Shown here piece by piece: positions 1-10,874 of a DNA stretch of 64,000 nucleotides; within the stretch, counting starts at the first letter, position 1, and every line of letters starts with the position of its first letter. The DNA comes from Ignavibacteria bacterium. GTDB lineage: Bacteria; Bacteroidota; Ignavibacteria; Ch128b. The translations under genes and the position numbers were made by a program. Location of the stretch: positions 826-64,825 of the forward strand of contig JAOAHM010000070.1 in the NCBI GenBank assembly GCA_026415235.1. The letters are read 5' to 3'. The notes beneath the pieces are model-generated. The model worked only from the letters and a program-made list of their open reading frames with translations, was not told the DNA's origin and made no database searches.

Positions 1-507
1 TTGGCAATTAAGTTGGATTCAGAAGGTCCTGTTTTTTTCAAACAAATTCGAGTTGGTAAGGATGGAAAAGAGTTTAAGATTTATAAATTTCGTTCAATGA
101 TAAAAGATGCTGAAAAACACACTGGACCAATTTGGTCAACAAAAGACGATCCAAGAATAACTCGTGTAGGTAAGATAATTCGAAAATTCAGACTTGATGA
201 AATTCCGCAATTCATAAATGTCCTTCGTGGTGAAATGAGTTTAGTTGGACCAAGACCAGAACGACCTTATTTTGTTGAGAAGTTATCTCAAGAGATTCCA
301 CTATATAAACGAAGACTAAAAGTTAAACCTGGAATTACAGGTTGGGCACAAGTGAAACATAAATATGATGAATCAATTGAGGATGTGAAGAAAAAATTGC
401 AATATGATTTGTATTACATAGAAAACATTTCACTGCGAATGGATTTAAAGATTTTATTTAGAACAATCTTTGTTGTTCTCTTCGGTAAAGGTCATTACGA
501 AAATTGA
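1..507 (+). CDS. Bacterial sugar transferase / phosphoglycosyl transferase, C-terminal part (5' end lies outside the window)
   Basis: Reading frame is open from base 1. The translation carries WbaP/PglC-family core motifs: GPVFFKQ.RVG, KFRSM, DPRIT, LDEIPQ, SLVGPRP, GITGWAQV. Confidence 0.9.
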   Translation: MAIKLDSEGPVFFKQIRVGKDGKEFKIYKFRSMIKDAEKHTGPIWSTKDDPRITRVGKIIRKFRLDEIPQFINVLRGEMSLVGPRPERPYFVEKLSQEIPLYKRRLKVKPGITGWAQVKHKYDESIEDVKKKLQYDLYYIENISLRMDLKILFRTIFVVLFGKGHYEN

Positions 508-615
508 TTTTTTATAATTAAAAATTGAAGAATTACTAATCGAGGTTAGCTCATTTTTTTGAAAAAAATTTTATCAATCAATAATGAAAAATTATAACTA
601 ACGAAAGGAAATTTT

Positions 616-1716
616 ATGAATATTCAAATGGTCGATTTGAAGAGACAGTATTCAAAGATTAAATCACAAATTGATAATGCCATTCATGAAGTGATAGACT
701 CTACACAATTTATCCTTGGTAAAAAAGTTCAAGAGTTTGAACAAAATGCTGCAAATTATTTGGGAGTGAAGTATGCAGTTGGTGTAGCAAATGGAACCGA
801 TGCCTTGCAAATTGCTTTAATGGCAATTGGTCTTGGAAAAGATGATGAAGTAATCACTACACCATTCACTTTTGTTGCAACAACTGAAGCAATAGTGATG
901 TTAGGTGCGAAACCAGTTTATGTTGATATCGATCCAGTTACTTACAATCTTAATCCAAATCAAATTGAAGAAAAAATCACATCAAGAACAAAAGCAATTT
1001 TACCAGTACATCTTTATGGAAATCCAGCTGAGATGGATGAGATTTTATCAATTGCAAAGAAATATAATTTATTTGTAATTGAAGATTCGGCTCAAGCATT
1101 TGGTGCAATTTACAAAGGGAAAAAAGTTTGTTCATTTGGTGATATTGCATGCATTAGTTTTTTCCCGAGTAAAAATCTTGGTTGTTATGGTGATGGTGGA
1201 ATGGTTGTAACTAATAATGATGAACTTCATGAAAAAGTTAGAATGATTGCATCGCATGGTTCGAAAGTGAGATATGTTCACGAAATCTTGGGAATGAACT
1301 CAAGGCTGGATGCAATTCAAGCTGCTATATTAAATGTAAAATTAAATTACATTGATGAATGGAACGATAGAAGAAATTACTTTGCTAAGCTTTACACAGA
1401 AAAATTATCTTCAATAGAAAATGTCAAGACACCAACTCAAAAAGATTATGTGAAACATATTTATCATCAATATACAATTCGTGTTGAAAGAAGAGACGAA
1501 TTACAAAAATTTTTATCGAGCAAAAATATTCCTACGGCAATTCACTATCCGATACCTTTGCATCTCCAACCAGCATTTAGAGGATTTGCGGAAGAAGGTT
1601 CATTACCAGAATCAGAAAAAGCTGCAAAACAAGTAATTTCACTTCCTATGCATCCAGATTTATTAGAAGAAGAAATTGAATTCATCACAAATTCAATCAA
1701 GGAATTTTATTCATAA
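616..1716 (+). CDS. DegT/DnrJ/EryC1/StrS-family PLP-dependent sugar aminotransferase
   Basis: 366 aa. AAAGGAA lies upstream of the ATG. Family motifs present: NGTDAL, VIEDSAQAFG, SFFPSKNLG. Confidence 0.9.
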   Translation: MNIQMVDLKRQYSKIKSQIDNAIHEVIDSTQFILGKKVQEFEQNAANYLGVKYAVGVANGTDALQIALMAIGLGKDDEVITTPFTFVATTEAIVMLGAKPVYVDIDPVTYNLNPNQIEEKITSRTKAILPVHLYGNPAEMDEILSIAKKYNLFVIEDSAQAFGAIYKGKKVCSFGDIACISFFPSKNLGCYGDGGMVVTNNDELHEKVRMIASHGSKVRYVHEILGMNSRLDAIQAAILNVKLNYIDEWNDRRNYFAKLYTEKLSSIENVKTPTQKDYVKHIYHQYTIRVERRDELQKFLSSKNIPTAIHYPIPLHLQPAFRGFAEEGSLPESEKAAKQVISLPMHPDLLEEEIEFITNSIKEFYS

Positions 1717-2438
1717 TGAATAATGCAATTGTAATTATTCCGACATACAATGAAAAAGAAAATATAAGCAGATTGATTCCAGACATCATTGAAAAAACAA
1801 AGGGCAAAGTTGACATTTTGATTATTGATGACAATTCACCTGATGGTACTGCCGATGTTGTTAGAGAATTTCAAGAACAATATAATAATATATTTTTGAT
1901 GACAAGACCAAAAAAGATGGGACTTGGTACTGCTTATGTTGAAGGTTTTCAGTTCGCTTTAAAAAATGGATATGATTACATTTTACAAATGGATGCAGAT
2001 TATTCTCATGAACCGAAAGAGATAAAAAATTTTCTCAAACATATAAAGAATTGTGATTTAGTTATTGGTTCAAGATACAAAGGTGGTGTAAGGGTTTTAA
2101 ACTGGCCTCTTAGTAGATTATTCTTAAGTGTCTTTGCGAATTTGTATACTAAGATTATTACTGGAATGCCAATTTATGATGCAACTGGTGGATTTAAATG
2201 TTTTAGAAGAGAAGTTCTGGAAGCAATTGATTTATCGAAGATTCGCTCAAATGGTTATGCATTTCAAATCGAAATGAATTTCAAAGCTTTTATAAAAAAA
2301 TTTAGAATTTGTGAGATACCTATCATATTTACTGACCGTTATCAAGGTCAATCAAAAATGAGTAAGAAGATAATTTTCGAAGCTGCCTTTATGGTCTGGA
2401 AATTAAGAATACTCAGTTTACTTAAGATTTTGAGATAG
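1716..2438 (+). CDS. Family-2 glycosyltransferase, polyprenol-phosphate mannose/glucose synthase-like
   Basis: Motifs IIPTYNEKENI, IIDDNSPDGT, QMDADYSH. The start overlaps the upstream stop (TAATG). Confidence 0.85.
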   Translation: MNNAIVIIPTYNEKENISRLIPDIIEKTKGKVDILIIDDNSPDGTADVVREFQEQYNNIFLMTRPKKMGLGTAYVEGFQFALKNGYDYILQMDADYSHEPKEIKNFLKHIKNCDLVIGSRYKGGVRVLNWPLSRLFLSVFANLYTKIITGMPIYDATGGFKCFRREVLEAIDLSKIRSNGYAFQIEMNFKAFIKKFRICEIPIIFTDRYQGQSKMSKKIIFEAAFMVWKLRILSLLKILR

Positions 2439-2439
2439 T

Positions 2440-4419
2440 ATGGTAGAATTATCAATCATCATTGTTAATTACAATGTAAAGGCATTTCTTCAGAATTGTT
2501 TGCTCTCGATACTTAAAGCTACTGAAAAAATTTCATCCGAGATTATTGTAGTAGATAATGCATCGGACGATGGAAGTGTAGAAATAGTTAAGAAAAATTT
2601 TCCAAATGTAAAACTTATAGAGTCTAAAGAAAATCTTGGTTTTAGTAGAGCGAACAATATTGGTTTAAAAATTTCACAGGGCAAGTATATCTGTTTAATA
2701 AATCCTGATACAATTGTTGAAGAGAATACTTTCGAAGAAATGATACAATTTATGGAGAGAAATCCTGAAGTTGGTTTGGCTGGATGTAAAATCTTAAATC
2801 CTGATGGAACATTTCAACTTGCGTGTAGACGAAGTTTCCCAACGCCATGGGTTGCTTTCACAAAGATAATTGGATTGAGTAAAGTTTTCCCTAAATCAAA
2901 ACTATTTGCAAAGTATAATTTAACTTATTTGGACGAAAACAAATCATACGAAGTTGATGCAGTTAGCGGTTCTTTTATGTTTTTTAGAAGAGAAGTTTAT
3001 GAGAAAATTGGTGGATTAGACGAAACATTCTTCATGTATGGTGAAGACCTTGATTATTGTTATCGAGTTAAGAAAGCTGGTTACAAAGTTTATTATGTTC
3101 ATTCAACAAAAATCATTCACTTCAAAGGAGAAAGTACAAAGAGAAGTAATATTGATGAGTTGAAACACTTCTATGATGCGATGAGACTTTTTGTTAAAAA
3201 ACATTTTGCTGGAAGTTGGATTATTGAAATGTTGCTTCAACTGGCAATTAACGGAAGAAGTTTGCTTGCTTTTATTGGAAAGAGATGGTTAATACTCTTT
3301 GCTATGATAGTTGATTTTATTCTGTATAATCTTTCTGTAGTAGTTGCTGAAATGTTTTATATTAAGTTGACGGGTTTCAGTGGATTTCCAGATTATGCGT
3401 ATCCGATTGTGTTTATTGTTCCTGCTGGAAGTTTCATCTTAATTGCATACTTACTTGGTTCCTATGAAATTAAAAACTTACCAATTGCAAAACTGTATCT
3501 TTCAATTTTTGTTAGTTTCTTATTTACAAGTTCACTTACTTATTTCTTCAAAGACTATGCTTTTAGTCGAGCGATTTTATTGATTACATATCTTTTACTC
3601 TTTTTTGCACTTCCTGCTTGGCGAGTTTTCATTAAAATATTTTTTAAATATCCACGAGATTCAAGGCAATCGTTATTTGAGTCAAATACTTTAATTGTAG
3701 GAACAAACGAATCGGCTGCAGAACTTATAACTCGTTTGAGAAAAAGTTATAATTTTTATTATGATGTTGTTGGATTAATTGATATTGATAGAAAAAGAAT
3801 TGGCGAAAAGATTAATGATGTTGAAATTATTGGAAGTATTGATACACTTGGAAAAATAATCAGAGATAAAGGTATAACGGAAGTAATTTTTGCTTCTGAC
3901 TTTTTGCCTTATAATCAAATTCTCTCAATCGTTTCGGCTAATCAAAATCAAAATGTTCACTTTCATTTAGCAGATAAGAATTATGATTTCATTATCAGCA
4001 AGAAAGATGTTTTGGAATTGAACGAGCTACCATTAATTCAAATTGAGTATAATATTTCAATGCCAGTTCATAGAATTGTAAAGAGAACATTTGATTTAAT
4101 TCTCGCAATAATTTTACTTTTCACATTGTATCCAATTTTTTTAATTCGTTATTTAGTTTCTAAGAAGTGGAATAATTTGTTATATTTATTCAAAGTCATA
4201 AGTGGAAAATATAGTTTTGTTGGGAGGCAAATCGGAAGTAGAGAGTCGAACATTTATTTAGGTAAAGAAGGATTAACAGGAATTGTTCAAATAAATGAGA
4301 ATAAAAATCTTACTGAAGAAGAAATCGAACGTTTAAATATCTATTACGCAAAAAATCAGAATATTTGGCTTGATATTGAAATTTTGATAAAGACAATTCA
4401 AAACTTTTTAAGGAGATAA
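2440..4419 (+). CDS. Fusion protein: N-terminal GT2 glycosyltransferase, multi-pass membrane region, CoA-binding-like linker and a shortened (probably catalytically dead) sugar-transferase domain
   Basis: GT2 motifs: [35 protein letters not shown]. About 5 hydrophobic segments follow. Next is a WbaP-type linker (LIVGTNESA...VVGLIDID...ITEVIFA). The PGT domain starts with [11 protein letters not shown] and ends with GLTGIVQ...[12 protein letters not shown], but it lacks the GPVFFKQ/KFRSM/LDE.PQ core. Confidence 0.8.
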   Translation: MVELSIIIVNYNVKAFLQNCLLSILKATEKISSEIIVVDNASDDGSVEIVKKNFPNVKLIESKENLGFSRANNIGLKISQGKYICLINPDTIVEENTFEEMIQFMERNPEVGLAGCKILNPDGTFQLACRRSFPTPWVAFTKIIGLSKVFPKSKLFAKYNLTYLDENKSYEVDAVSGSFMFFRREVYEKIGGLDETFFMYGEDLDYCYRVKKAGYKVYYVHSTKIIHFKGESTKRSNIDELKHFYDAMRLFVKKHFAGSWIIEMLLQLAINGRSLLAFIGKRWLILFAMIVDFILYNLSVVVAEMFYIKLTGFSGFPDYAYPIVFIVPAGSFILIAYLLGSYEIKNLPIAKLYLSIFVSFLFTSSLTYFFKDYAFSRAILLITYLLLFFALPAWRVFIKIFFKYPRDSRQSLFESNTLIVGTNESAAELITRLRKSYNFYYDVVGLIDIDRKRIGEKINDVEIIGSIDTLGKIIRDKGITEVIFASDFLPYNQILSIVSANQNQNVHFHLADKNYDFIISKKDVLELNELPLIQIEYNISMPVHRIVKRTFDLILAIILLFTLYPIFLIRYLVSKKWNNLLYLFKVISGKYSFVGRQIGSRESNIYLGKEGLTGIVQINENKNLTEEEIERLNIYYAKNQNIWLDIEILIKTIQNFLRR

Positions 4420-4420
4420 T

Positions 4421-5371
4421 ATGCCAAGAACAATTTTAGATTTTGAAAAACCGATTATAGAACTTGAACAAAAAATAGCAGAGATGAAAAAGCTCTCTGA
4501 AACGCTTGATATAGAAGATGAAATAAAAAGTTTAGAAGAAAAAGTTCAACAATTGCAAGATCAGATTTATAATAATTTGAGTAGATGGCAAATTGTTCAG
4601 ATTGCTCGTCATCCCGAAAGACCTTACACATTAGATTACATTCAGAAGATGACTACTGATTTTATCGAACTTCACGGTGATAGATGCTTTGGTGACGATA
4701 AAGCTTTAGTTGGTGGATTTGCAAAGTTAAATGGTGAAACAGTGATGATGATTGGTCAACAAAAAGGTAGAGATACAAAATCAAATCTTTACAGAAATTT
4801 TGGAATGATGAATCCCGAAGGATATCGTAAAGCATTGAGACTGATGAAGCTTGCAGAAAAATTTGGAAAACCAGTGATTACATTTTTAGATACTCCAGGT
4901 GCTTATCCAGGTATCGAAGCTGAAGAGAGAGGACAAGCAGAAGCAATTGCAAGAAATCTATTTGAAATGTCTAAGCTTCGTGTTCCAATAATTGTTGTGA
5001 TAATTGGAGAAGGTGCTTCGGGTGGTGCATTGGGAATCGGTATTGGTGATAGAATTTTGATGCTTGAGTATTGTTGGTATTCAGTTATCTCACCAGAATC
5101 GTGTTCAAGTATCTTATGGAGGAGCTGGGATTACAAAGAGCAAGCTGCTGAAGCTTTGAAACTTACTGCAAAAGATTTAATTCAATTCAAAATCATTGAT
5201 AGAATTGTTCCTGAACCTCGAGGAGGAGCTCATCGTAATCCAGAGCAAGCAGCAATTATTCTCAAAGAGGTTCTAATTGATGAGTTAAATAAATTAAAGA
5301 AAATTAAAATTGATAAACTCATCGAAATGAGAGTAGAAAAATTCTTAAATATGGGAGTATACATAGAATAA
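4421..5371 (+). CDS. accA: Acetyl-CoA carboxylase carboxyltransferase subunit alpha
   Basis: 316 aa. Typical AccA sequence: [58 protein letters not shown]. Confidence 0.95.
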   Translation: MPRTILDFEKPIIELEQKIAEMKKLSETLDIEDEIKSLEEKVQQLQDQIYNNLSRWQIVQIARHPERPYTLDYIQKMTTDFIELHGDRCFGDDKALVGGFAKLNGETVMMIGQQKGRDTKSNLYRNFGMMNPEGYRKALRLMKLAEKFGKPVITFLDTPGAYPGIEAEERGQAEAIARNLFEMSKLRVPIIVVIIGEGASGGALGIGIGDRILMLEYCWYSVISPESCSSILWRSWDYKEQAAEALKLTAKDLIQFKIIDRIVPEPRGGAHRNPEQAAIILKEVLIDELNKLKKIKIDKLIEMRVEKFLNMGVYIE

Positions 5372-5898
5372 TGTTATTTCTAATTTCAATTTTACTTCTC
5401 CTAATTGCAGGCATTACTATTTATTTTATCGTCGATACAAAAAAAACACAGACAGTTGAGAATCCACCGTATGTACCTGAATTTCAAGATGAGCAACTTC
5501 AAAAGAAGATGTTGCGAGAAGCACAAATTTGCACTGAGTCGGTGATGACGACTTTCGATAAAATGCTTGATTATTCTGCAGAAAGCATTAGAATTTTAGA
5601 TCAGGTAATCAATGAATTGTACAAGAAAAAAAATTTAAGTCAAGGTTCACTTGACCGTTTAATAGTTACATTTGGTGCATATTTTGGACAAACATTTTTG
5701 AATAATCAAAGTGGAATGTGGTTTCAACACCCTAATTTCAATTTACCTACAATTTTTTCTCCAAAAGCACTATTCGAATTTTCTCCCTTTGAAATCATAA
5801 AACAAAAATTTCAGTATATCGAGAAATTTGACCTTTACATTGCATATCAAGATTTAGTAAGACAATACATTAAGAAATTAAATGAAATTCGTTCATAA
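5371..5898 (+). CDS. Hypothetical membrane-anchored protein
   Basis: 175-aa ORF with an N-terminal hydrophobic helix (LFLISILLLLIAGITIYFIV). It fits exactly between its neighbours (start overlaps the accA stop). I recognise no family. Confidence 0.5.
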   Translation: MLFLISILLLLIAGITIYFIVDTKKTQTVENPPYVPEFQDEQLQKKMLREAQICTESVMTTFDKMLDYSAESIRILDQVINELYKKKNLSQGSLDRLIVTFGAYFGQTFLNNQSGMWFQHPNFNLPTIFSPKALFEFSPFEIIKQKFQYIEKFDLYIAYQDLVRQYIKKLNEIRS

Positions 5899-6289
5899 AA
5901 CTTATCTTCGTCCTCGTTACGCAGATACTGATCAGATGGGCATTATCCATCACGCTAAGTATTTTGAGTATTTTGAAATTGCCCGAACCGAATTTCTTAG
6001 GAGCCTTGGATTACCTTACGCAGAACTTGAAAATGAAGGATATCTATTACCATTAACTGACTGCTACGCAAAATTTATTAAACCAATTAAGTACGATGAG
6101 TTAATTAGAATTGAAACAACTTTTGAAAACTTTTCTGGAGCACGAATTCATCTTTCCTATAAAATATTCAACGACGAAACAAATGAATTATTATCTGAAG
6201 GATTTACTAAACATTCGTGGGTAAAAAAGAATAATCTTAAACCAACCAAACCACCACTCAAATTTTTAGAAGCATTAAAAACAAAATGA
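5882..6289 (+). CDS. Acyl-CoA thioesterase, 4HBT/YbgC family
   Basis: 135 aa. Hot-dog-fold signature at the N-terminus: RPRYADTDQMGIIHHAKYFEYFE. Confidence 0.8.
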   Translation: MKFVHKTYLRPRYADTDQMGIIHHAKYFEYFEIARTEFLRSLGLPYAELENEGYLLPLTDCYAKFIKPIKYDELIRIETTFENFSGARIHLSYKIFNDETNELLSEGFTKHSWVKKNNLKPTKPPLKFLEALKTK

Positions 6290-7134
6290 ATTTCAACACT
6301 AATTATCTCAGAAAAATTATTGAGCTTGCTATAGAAGAAGATATTGGAAGTGGAGATATTACAACTCAAGCTATTTTCAAAAATTATAAAAAAGTAAGAG
6401 GCGACTTACTTTGTAAAGAAGATGGAATTATAGCAGGGCTTGGAGTGATAAATTATTTTACAAAGAATTTTATGAACGGTGTAGAATTTTTTTCTGATTA
6501 TTCAGATGGAAATGAAATTAGTGCTGGTCAATTTATTGGAAGTTTTATTGGTGATGTTCGGGAAATTTTAAAGTATGAAAGAATAATTCTAAACTTTGTT
6601 CAAAGAATGAGTGGAGTTGCAACTTTAACAAATAAGTTTGTTCAAAATGTTAAAGGAACGAAAGCAAAAATTTTAGATACGAGAAAAACAATTCCTGGTT
6701 TGCGGTTTCTTGATAAATTAGCAGTCAAGATTGGCGGTGGTGAGAATCATCGGTTCGGACTTTATGATATGTTTTTAATAAAGGATAATCACATTTTTGC
6801 TGCTGGAGGAATAAAAGAAGCCATTAATTTGTGCAAGGAATTCAATGAAAAGTTGAAGCATAAATTAAAGATAGAAATTGAAGTGAAGAATTTGTTAGAG
6901 TTGAAAGAAGCAATTGAGAATGGTGTTGATAGAGTTATGCTTGATAATTTTTCGATTGAATCAATTAAAGATGCGGTGAAACTTGTAAATGGTAAAGTTG
7001 AAATCGAAGTTTCTGGTGGTGTGAATTTAGAAACTGTTAGAGAAATTGCTGAGTGTGGAGTGGATTATATTTCGATTGGTGCGTTAACTCATTCAGCTAA
7101 AGCTTTGGATATTTCCCTTGAGATTATTGAATAG
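6286..7134 (+). CDS. nadC: Nicotinate-nucleotide pyrophosphorylase (quinolinate phosphoribosyltransferase)
   Basis: 282 aa. Motifs ILDTRKT.PGLR, GGG.NHRFGLYD, LIKDNH, MLDNF. 4-nt overlap with the upstream gene. Confidence 0.92.
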   Translation: MNFNTNYLRKIIELAIEEDIGSGDITTQAIFKNYKKVRGDLLCKEDGIIAGLGVINYFTKNFMNGVEFFSDYSDGNEISAGQFIGSFIGDVREILKYERIILNFVQRMSGVATLTNKFVQNVKGTKAKILDTRKTIPGLRFLDKLAVKIGGGENHRFGLYDMFLIKDNHIFAAGGIKEAINLCKEFNEKLKHKLKIEIEVKNLLELKEAIENGVDRVMLDNFSIESIKDAVKLVNGKVEIEVSGGVNLETVREIAECGVDYISIGALTHSAKALDISLEIIE

Positions 7135-7145
7135 TCCGATAAGAT

Positions 7146-8048
7146 ATGTTACCTTCATACATTTCTGAGCTTAGCTTTCAAGAATTGAAAGAGCGCAGAG
7201 ATAAACTTTATGAATTGCTCGAAGCTTGTCGTTTATGTCCTAATGAATGTGGGGTTGATAGAAAAGTAAATGATAATGGAATTTGTCGAAGTGGTTATCT
7301 ACCGATTGTTTCAAGTTACTTTCCGCATTTTGGTGAAGAACCACCATTGGTAGGTAGATTTGGTTCAGGCACAGTATTTTTTTCGAATTGTAATTTAGAT
7401 TGCAAGTTCTGTCAAAACTATGATATTAGTCATTATGGAATTGGCAAAGAAATTTCGGTTGATGAACTTGCTTCAATAATGCTCTATCTTCAGAATCGTG
7501 GTTGTCATAATATAAATTTTGTAACTCCCACACACTTTACACCTCAAATTGTTGATGCTTTGATAATTGCTCGAGAGAGAGGATTAGAAATTCCTTTAGT
7601 TTATAATTGTGGTGGATATGAATCAGTTGAAACTTTGAAATTACTCGATAAGATAATTGACATTTATATGCCCGATATAAAATACTCATCAAATGAGAAT
7701 GCATTGAAATATTCTGGCGTTACAAATTATTGGGATGTAGTTCAAAGTGCATTAAAAGAAATGCATAAGCAAGTTGGTGATTTAGTAATAAACAAATCGG
7801 GTATTGCAAAACGAGGATTATTGATTAGACATTTGGTCTTACCAAACGATATTGCCGGTTCAAAAAAAGTACTTAATTTTATTGCCAATGAAATTTCGAA
7901 GAATTCTTATGTCAATATTATGGATCAATATCATCCAGCTTATCTTGCACGTACTTTTACTGAATTAAATCGTCCGATTACTAATTCTGAATATGAAGAA
8001 GTTTTATCTTACGCAAAGGAAATTGGTCTAAATCGTGGCTTTCTGTAA
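7146..8048 (+). CDS. Radical SAM protein, PflX / pyruvate-formate-lyase-activase-like
   Basis: CNLDCKFCQNY is a CxxxCxxC radical-SAM cluster motif. An extra N-terminal Cys cluster is present (CRLCPNECGVDR). 300 aa. Confidence 0.75.
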   Translation: MLPSYISELSFQELKERRDKLYELLEACRLCPNECGVDRKVNDNGICRSGYLPIVSSYFPHFGEEPPLVGRFGSGTVFFSNCNLDCKFCQNYDISHYGIGKEISVDELASIMLYLQNRGCHNINFVTPTHFTPQIVDALIIARERGLEIPLVYNCGGYESVETLKLLDKIIDIYMPDIKYSSNENALKYSGVTNYWDVVQSALKEMHKQVGDLVINKSGIAKRGLLIRHLVLPNDIAGSKKVLNFIANEISKNSYVNIMDQYHPAYLARTFTELNRPITNSEYEEVLSYAKEIGLNRGFL

Positions 8049-8179
8049 AGCTAAATTTGAAGAAATGGTAAGTTAATTCGAGATGAGAGATAATTATTTT
8101 GAAACTATTAAATATTTATTTAATAACACACCAAAATTTCTTTAAATAAATTAAATTACAGTTAAAGGGAGAAAATTTT

Positions 8180-9631
8180 TTGAAATCTGACCTTCGACAG
8201 CTTGGAAAAGAAACAGCAATTTATGGCATTTCAACTATCCTGAGTAGGTTCTTGAACTTTCTCTTAGTTCCATTTTACACAAATGTATTTACTCAAGCTG
8301 AATATGGAATTATTACGAATGTCTATGCATATATCGCATTTTTCTACATCATTTATTTGTACGGAATGGAATCGGCTTATTTCAAATTTGCTTCATCAAA
8401 AGAGTTAGGTAATGAGACTGAAACATTTAGCACAGCGTTTAATTCTGTATTTATCACATCACTAATTTTTTCGAGCATAATTTCTTTACTCAAAAATCCA
8501 ATTTCATCATTGTTCAGTCTTACTGAAGAGCATGAAATTATTGTTAATCTTGTTGCAGGTATACTATTCTTTGATGCAATATCAAATATAATTTTTGCGA
8601 GGCTAAGATTTCACAACAAAGCTATGAAGTTCGCTACTTTCAAGACGATAAACATAGTATTCACTGTTTTGTTGAACATTGTGTTAATCCTAAAATTAAA
8701 TTTTAGAATGGAAGGAGTTTTTATATCAAATATTGTTGCTTCATTTTTAACATTTATTTTAATTATACCTGACTTGATAAAATCTTATAAGTTGAAAATT
8801 GATAGAAGAATTTTAATAGGATTACTAAAGTTCGGATTGCCTTTTATACCTTCTGGTTTTGCAGCCATGGTAACAAATGTAATTGATAGACCCATTTTGT
8901 TAGCTTTAACTGATGCAAGTACTGTTGGAATTTATCAAGCTAACTACAAACTTGGTATATTCATGATGTTATATGTATCGATGTTTCAGTATGCCTGGCA
9001 ACCATTCTATTTAAAGAAAGCAAAAGAACAAAATGCTAAAGAATTATTTGCAAGGGTCTTTACATATTTTACAATTTTTGGTTTAACAATTTTCGTGTTT
9101 TTAACTTTATTTATTGAAGATATAATTAGGATTAGAGTATTTGGATATTATTTAATTGGAAAAAATTTCTGGAGTGGAGTTTATATCGTACCAATTGTTC
9201 TTTTAGGTTATTTGTTTAATGGATTTTATATAAATTTTGTCGCTGGATTACAGATTGAAAAGAAAACACAATACTTACCATTTGTAACTGGACTTGGTGC
9301 AATTGTGAATTTAGTTGCAAATTTTTTGTTAATACCTTTTCTTGGAATGCTTGGAGCTGCTTATGCAACTTTAGTTGCTTATTTATCAATGGCAGTTTAT
9401 CAATATAAACTCTCACAAAAGTTTTATGAAATTAAGTACGAATGGAGAAAAGTTTTACAGACAAGCGGAATTTCAATTTCAATTTTATTGACTTATTACA
9501 TTTTGAAAACTTTATTAATTGATTATTTAATTTATGTGAAGATTTTACTTTTTGTGATTTTTCTAATTCTTTTAAAGCTCTCGGGTTTAATTGAATTTCG
9601 TGGTTTATTTGATTTAAAAGTGAAAGAATAA
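8180..9631 (+). CDS. Polysaccharide biosynthesis protein / Wzx-like flippase (MOP superfamily)
   Basis: 483 aa and about 12-14 hydrophobic segments throughout. TTG start lies 9 nt after AAGGGAG. Confidence 0.8.
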   Translation: MKSDLRQLGKETAIYGISTILSRFLNFLLVPFYTNVFTQAEYGIITNVYAYIAFFYIIYLYGMESAYFKFASSKELGNETETFSTAFNSVFITSLIFSSIISLLKNPISSLFSLTEEHEIIVNLVAGILFFDAISNIIFARLRFHNKAMKFATFKTINIVFTVLLNIVLILKLNFRMEGVFISNIVASFLTFILIIPDLIKSYKLKIDRRILIGLLKFGLPFIPSGFAAMVTNVIDRPILLALTDASTVGIYQANYKLGIFMMLYVSMFQYAWQPFYLKKAKEQNAKELFARVFTYFTIFGLTIFVFLTLFIEDIIRIRVFGYYLIGKNFWSGVYIVPIVLLGYLFNGFYINFVAGLQIEKKTQYLPFVTGLGAIVNLVANFLLIPFLGMLGAAYATLVAYLSMAVYQYKLSQKFYEIKYEWRKVLQTSGISISILLTYYILKTLLIDYLIYVKILLFVIFLILLKLSGLIEFRGLFDLKVKE

Positions 9632-9656
9632 TACTTCGAATTTTTTCAGACAATCA

Positions 9657-10610
9657 TCATTTGTCTTTGTTGAAATAATCATAAATCATCCTTGCAGCTT
9701 TGGCTACTGCATTTTCAGCTTTGTTATCATGTGTCCACCTTGTATCGTTACTTTGATCTGCAAAAACTGAGATTATGAAATCACACTTTGGTGAATAAAC
9801 AATTCCAACATCAATTCTTGATTTATCAACCGCTCCTGTTTTATTTGCGACAATAATCTTTTCATCTTTTTTTAGTTCGTAATAAGGAAGAAGTTTTCTT
9901 ATCATTGACTCGTCTTGTTGATTTTTCATGATAGAAATAATCCAATTTGAATAAAAGCTATCTATCACTTGATTATAATATATCTTTTCGAGTAATAAAC
10001 TCATCTCACGCGGTGAAGAATATCCAAGCCCAAATCGTTTTGCTTCAGGAGTGTTTTTCTTTGTTGCATATGAAAATACTTTATTTAATAGTTTAGTATT
10101 GTACAACCCATATTGAACCATAGTTGAATTTACAAATTCTAATTTTTCATCATGTGTTTCACCTAATTGGTCAATAATGGCATTTGTTGCTGTATTATCG
10201 GAGAGAATAATCATTAGAGTTGCAGCATCAATTAATTTAATGTTTATGTCTCCTTCAAAGAATTGCAACACTCCAGCTCCACCAACTTTTGATGTATCTT
10301 TTATGGTTGTGTAACTAAAAGGATTCAACTCCCCATTTTTACATTTTGTGAAAAATGCTATTAAGATTGGTAATTTAATTACACTCGCAGTTGGAAATAA
10401 ACTATCAGCGTTGATAGAAATTATTTCTCCCGTTTTAAGATTTTTAGCAAACACTCCAATTGTTCCTGAATATTCTTCAGATAATTGAGCTAATTTTTTT
10501 TCCAAATAAATTTTTTCATTTACTTTTTGAGAAGTAGATGAATTAAACTTCGTAGTTGAACAAGATATTAAAATCAGAAATAAAAATAATAGAGAAAAAA
10601 TTTTTTTCAT
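9657..10610 (-). CDS. Class-A beta-lactamase-like serine hydrolase, probable lipoprotein
   Basis: Only minus-strand gene in the window. Signal peptide with a Cys (LFLILISCSTT). Motifs SxxK (TASVIK), SDN (ILSDNTATN) and KTG (ANKTGAV) occur in class-A order. An omega-loop ExxLN is not obvious. Confidence 0.75.
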   Translation of the reverse strand: MKKIFSLLFLFLILISCSTTKFNSSTSQKVNEKIYLEKKLAQLSEEYSGTIGVFAKNLKTGEIISINADSLFPTASVIKLPILIAFFTKCKNGELNPFSYTTIKDTSKVGGAGVLQFFEGDINIKLIDAATLMIILSDNTATNAIIDQLGETHDEKLEFVNSTMVQYGLYNTKLLNKVFSYATKKNTPEAKRFGLGYSSPREMSLLLEKIYYNQVIDSFYSNWIISIMKNQQDESMIRKLLPYYELKKDEKIIVANKTGAVDKSRIDVGIVYSPKCDFIISVFADQSNDTRWTHDNKAENAVAKAARMIYDYFNKDK

Positions 10611-10710
10611 GATAAACTCACATTTTTTGAAAAGTTAATTAAAAATTCTTTAAGTTTCTATTGAAAATCTTAATTAAACAAAATTTATAAAAATTATTTT
10701 TGTTTTATTA

Positions 10711-10739
10711 TTGACATTAAAAAATAAAATTTATAAAAT
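10711..10739 (+). promoter_or_regulatory. Candidate sigma70-type promoter for the first T9SS cargo gene
   Basis: TTGACA (10711-10716), 17-nt spacer, TAAAAT (10734-10739), inside the 264-nt AT-rich divergent intergenic region. The AT-rich background makes chance matches likely. Confidence 0.3.
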
Positions 10740-10874
10740 AGAAAAAAGATTTAAGAAAGAATGAAAATATATACATGTTTTGTGGGGCTTCGTTAGTTAT
10801 GATTTGGTTCATTATGAATGTAATTTTCAAAAGCAAATAATAATTAATCATTTAAAAAAATCATTCAGGAGGAT

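Noticed and set aside
10761-10796. 11-codon upstream ORF (MKIYTCFVGLR) in the P1 leader, plus a second 13-codon one at 10799
   Set aside because: There is no convincing ribosome-binding site. Short ORFs are expected by chance in a 264-nt region. No attenuator structure is linked to them.
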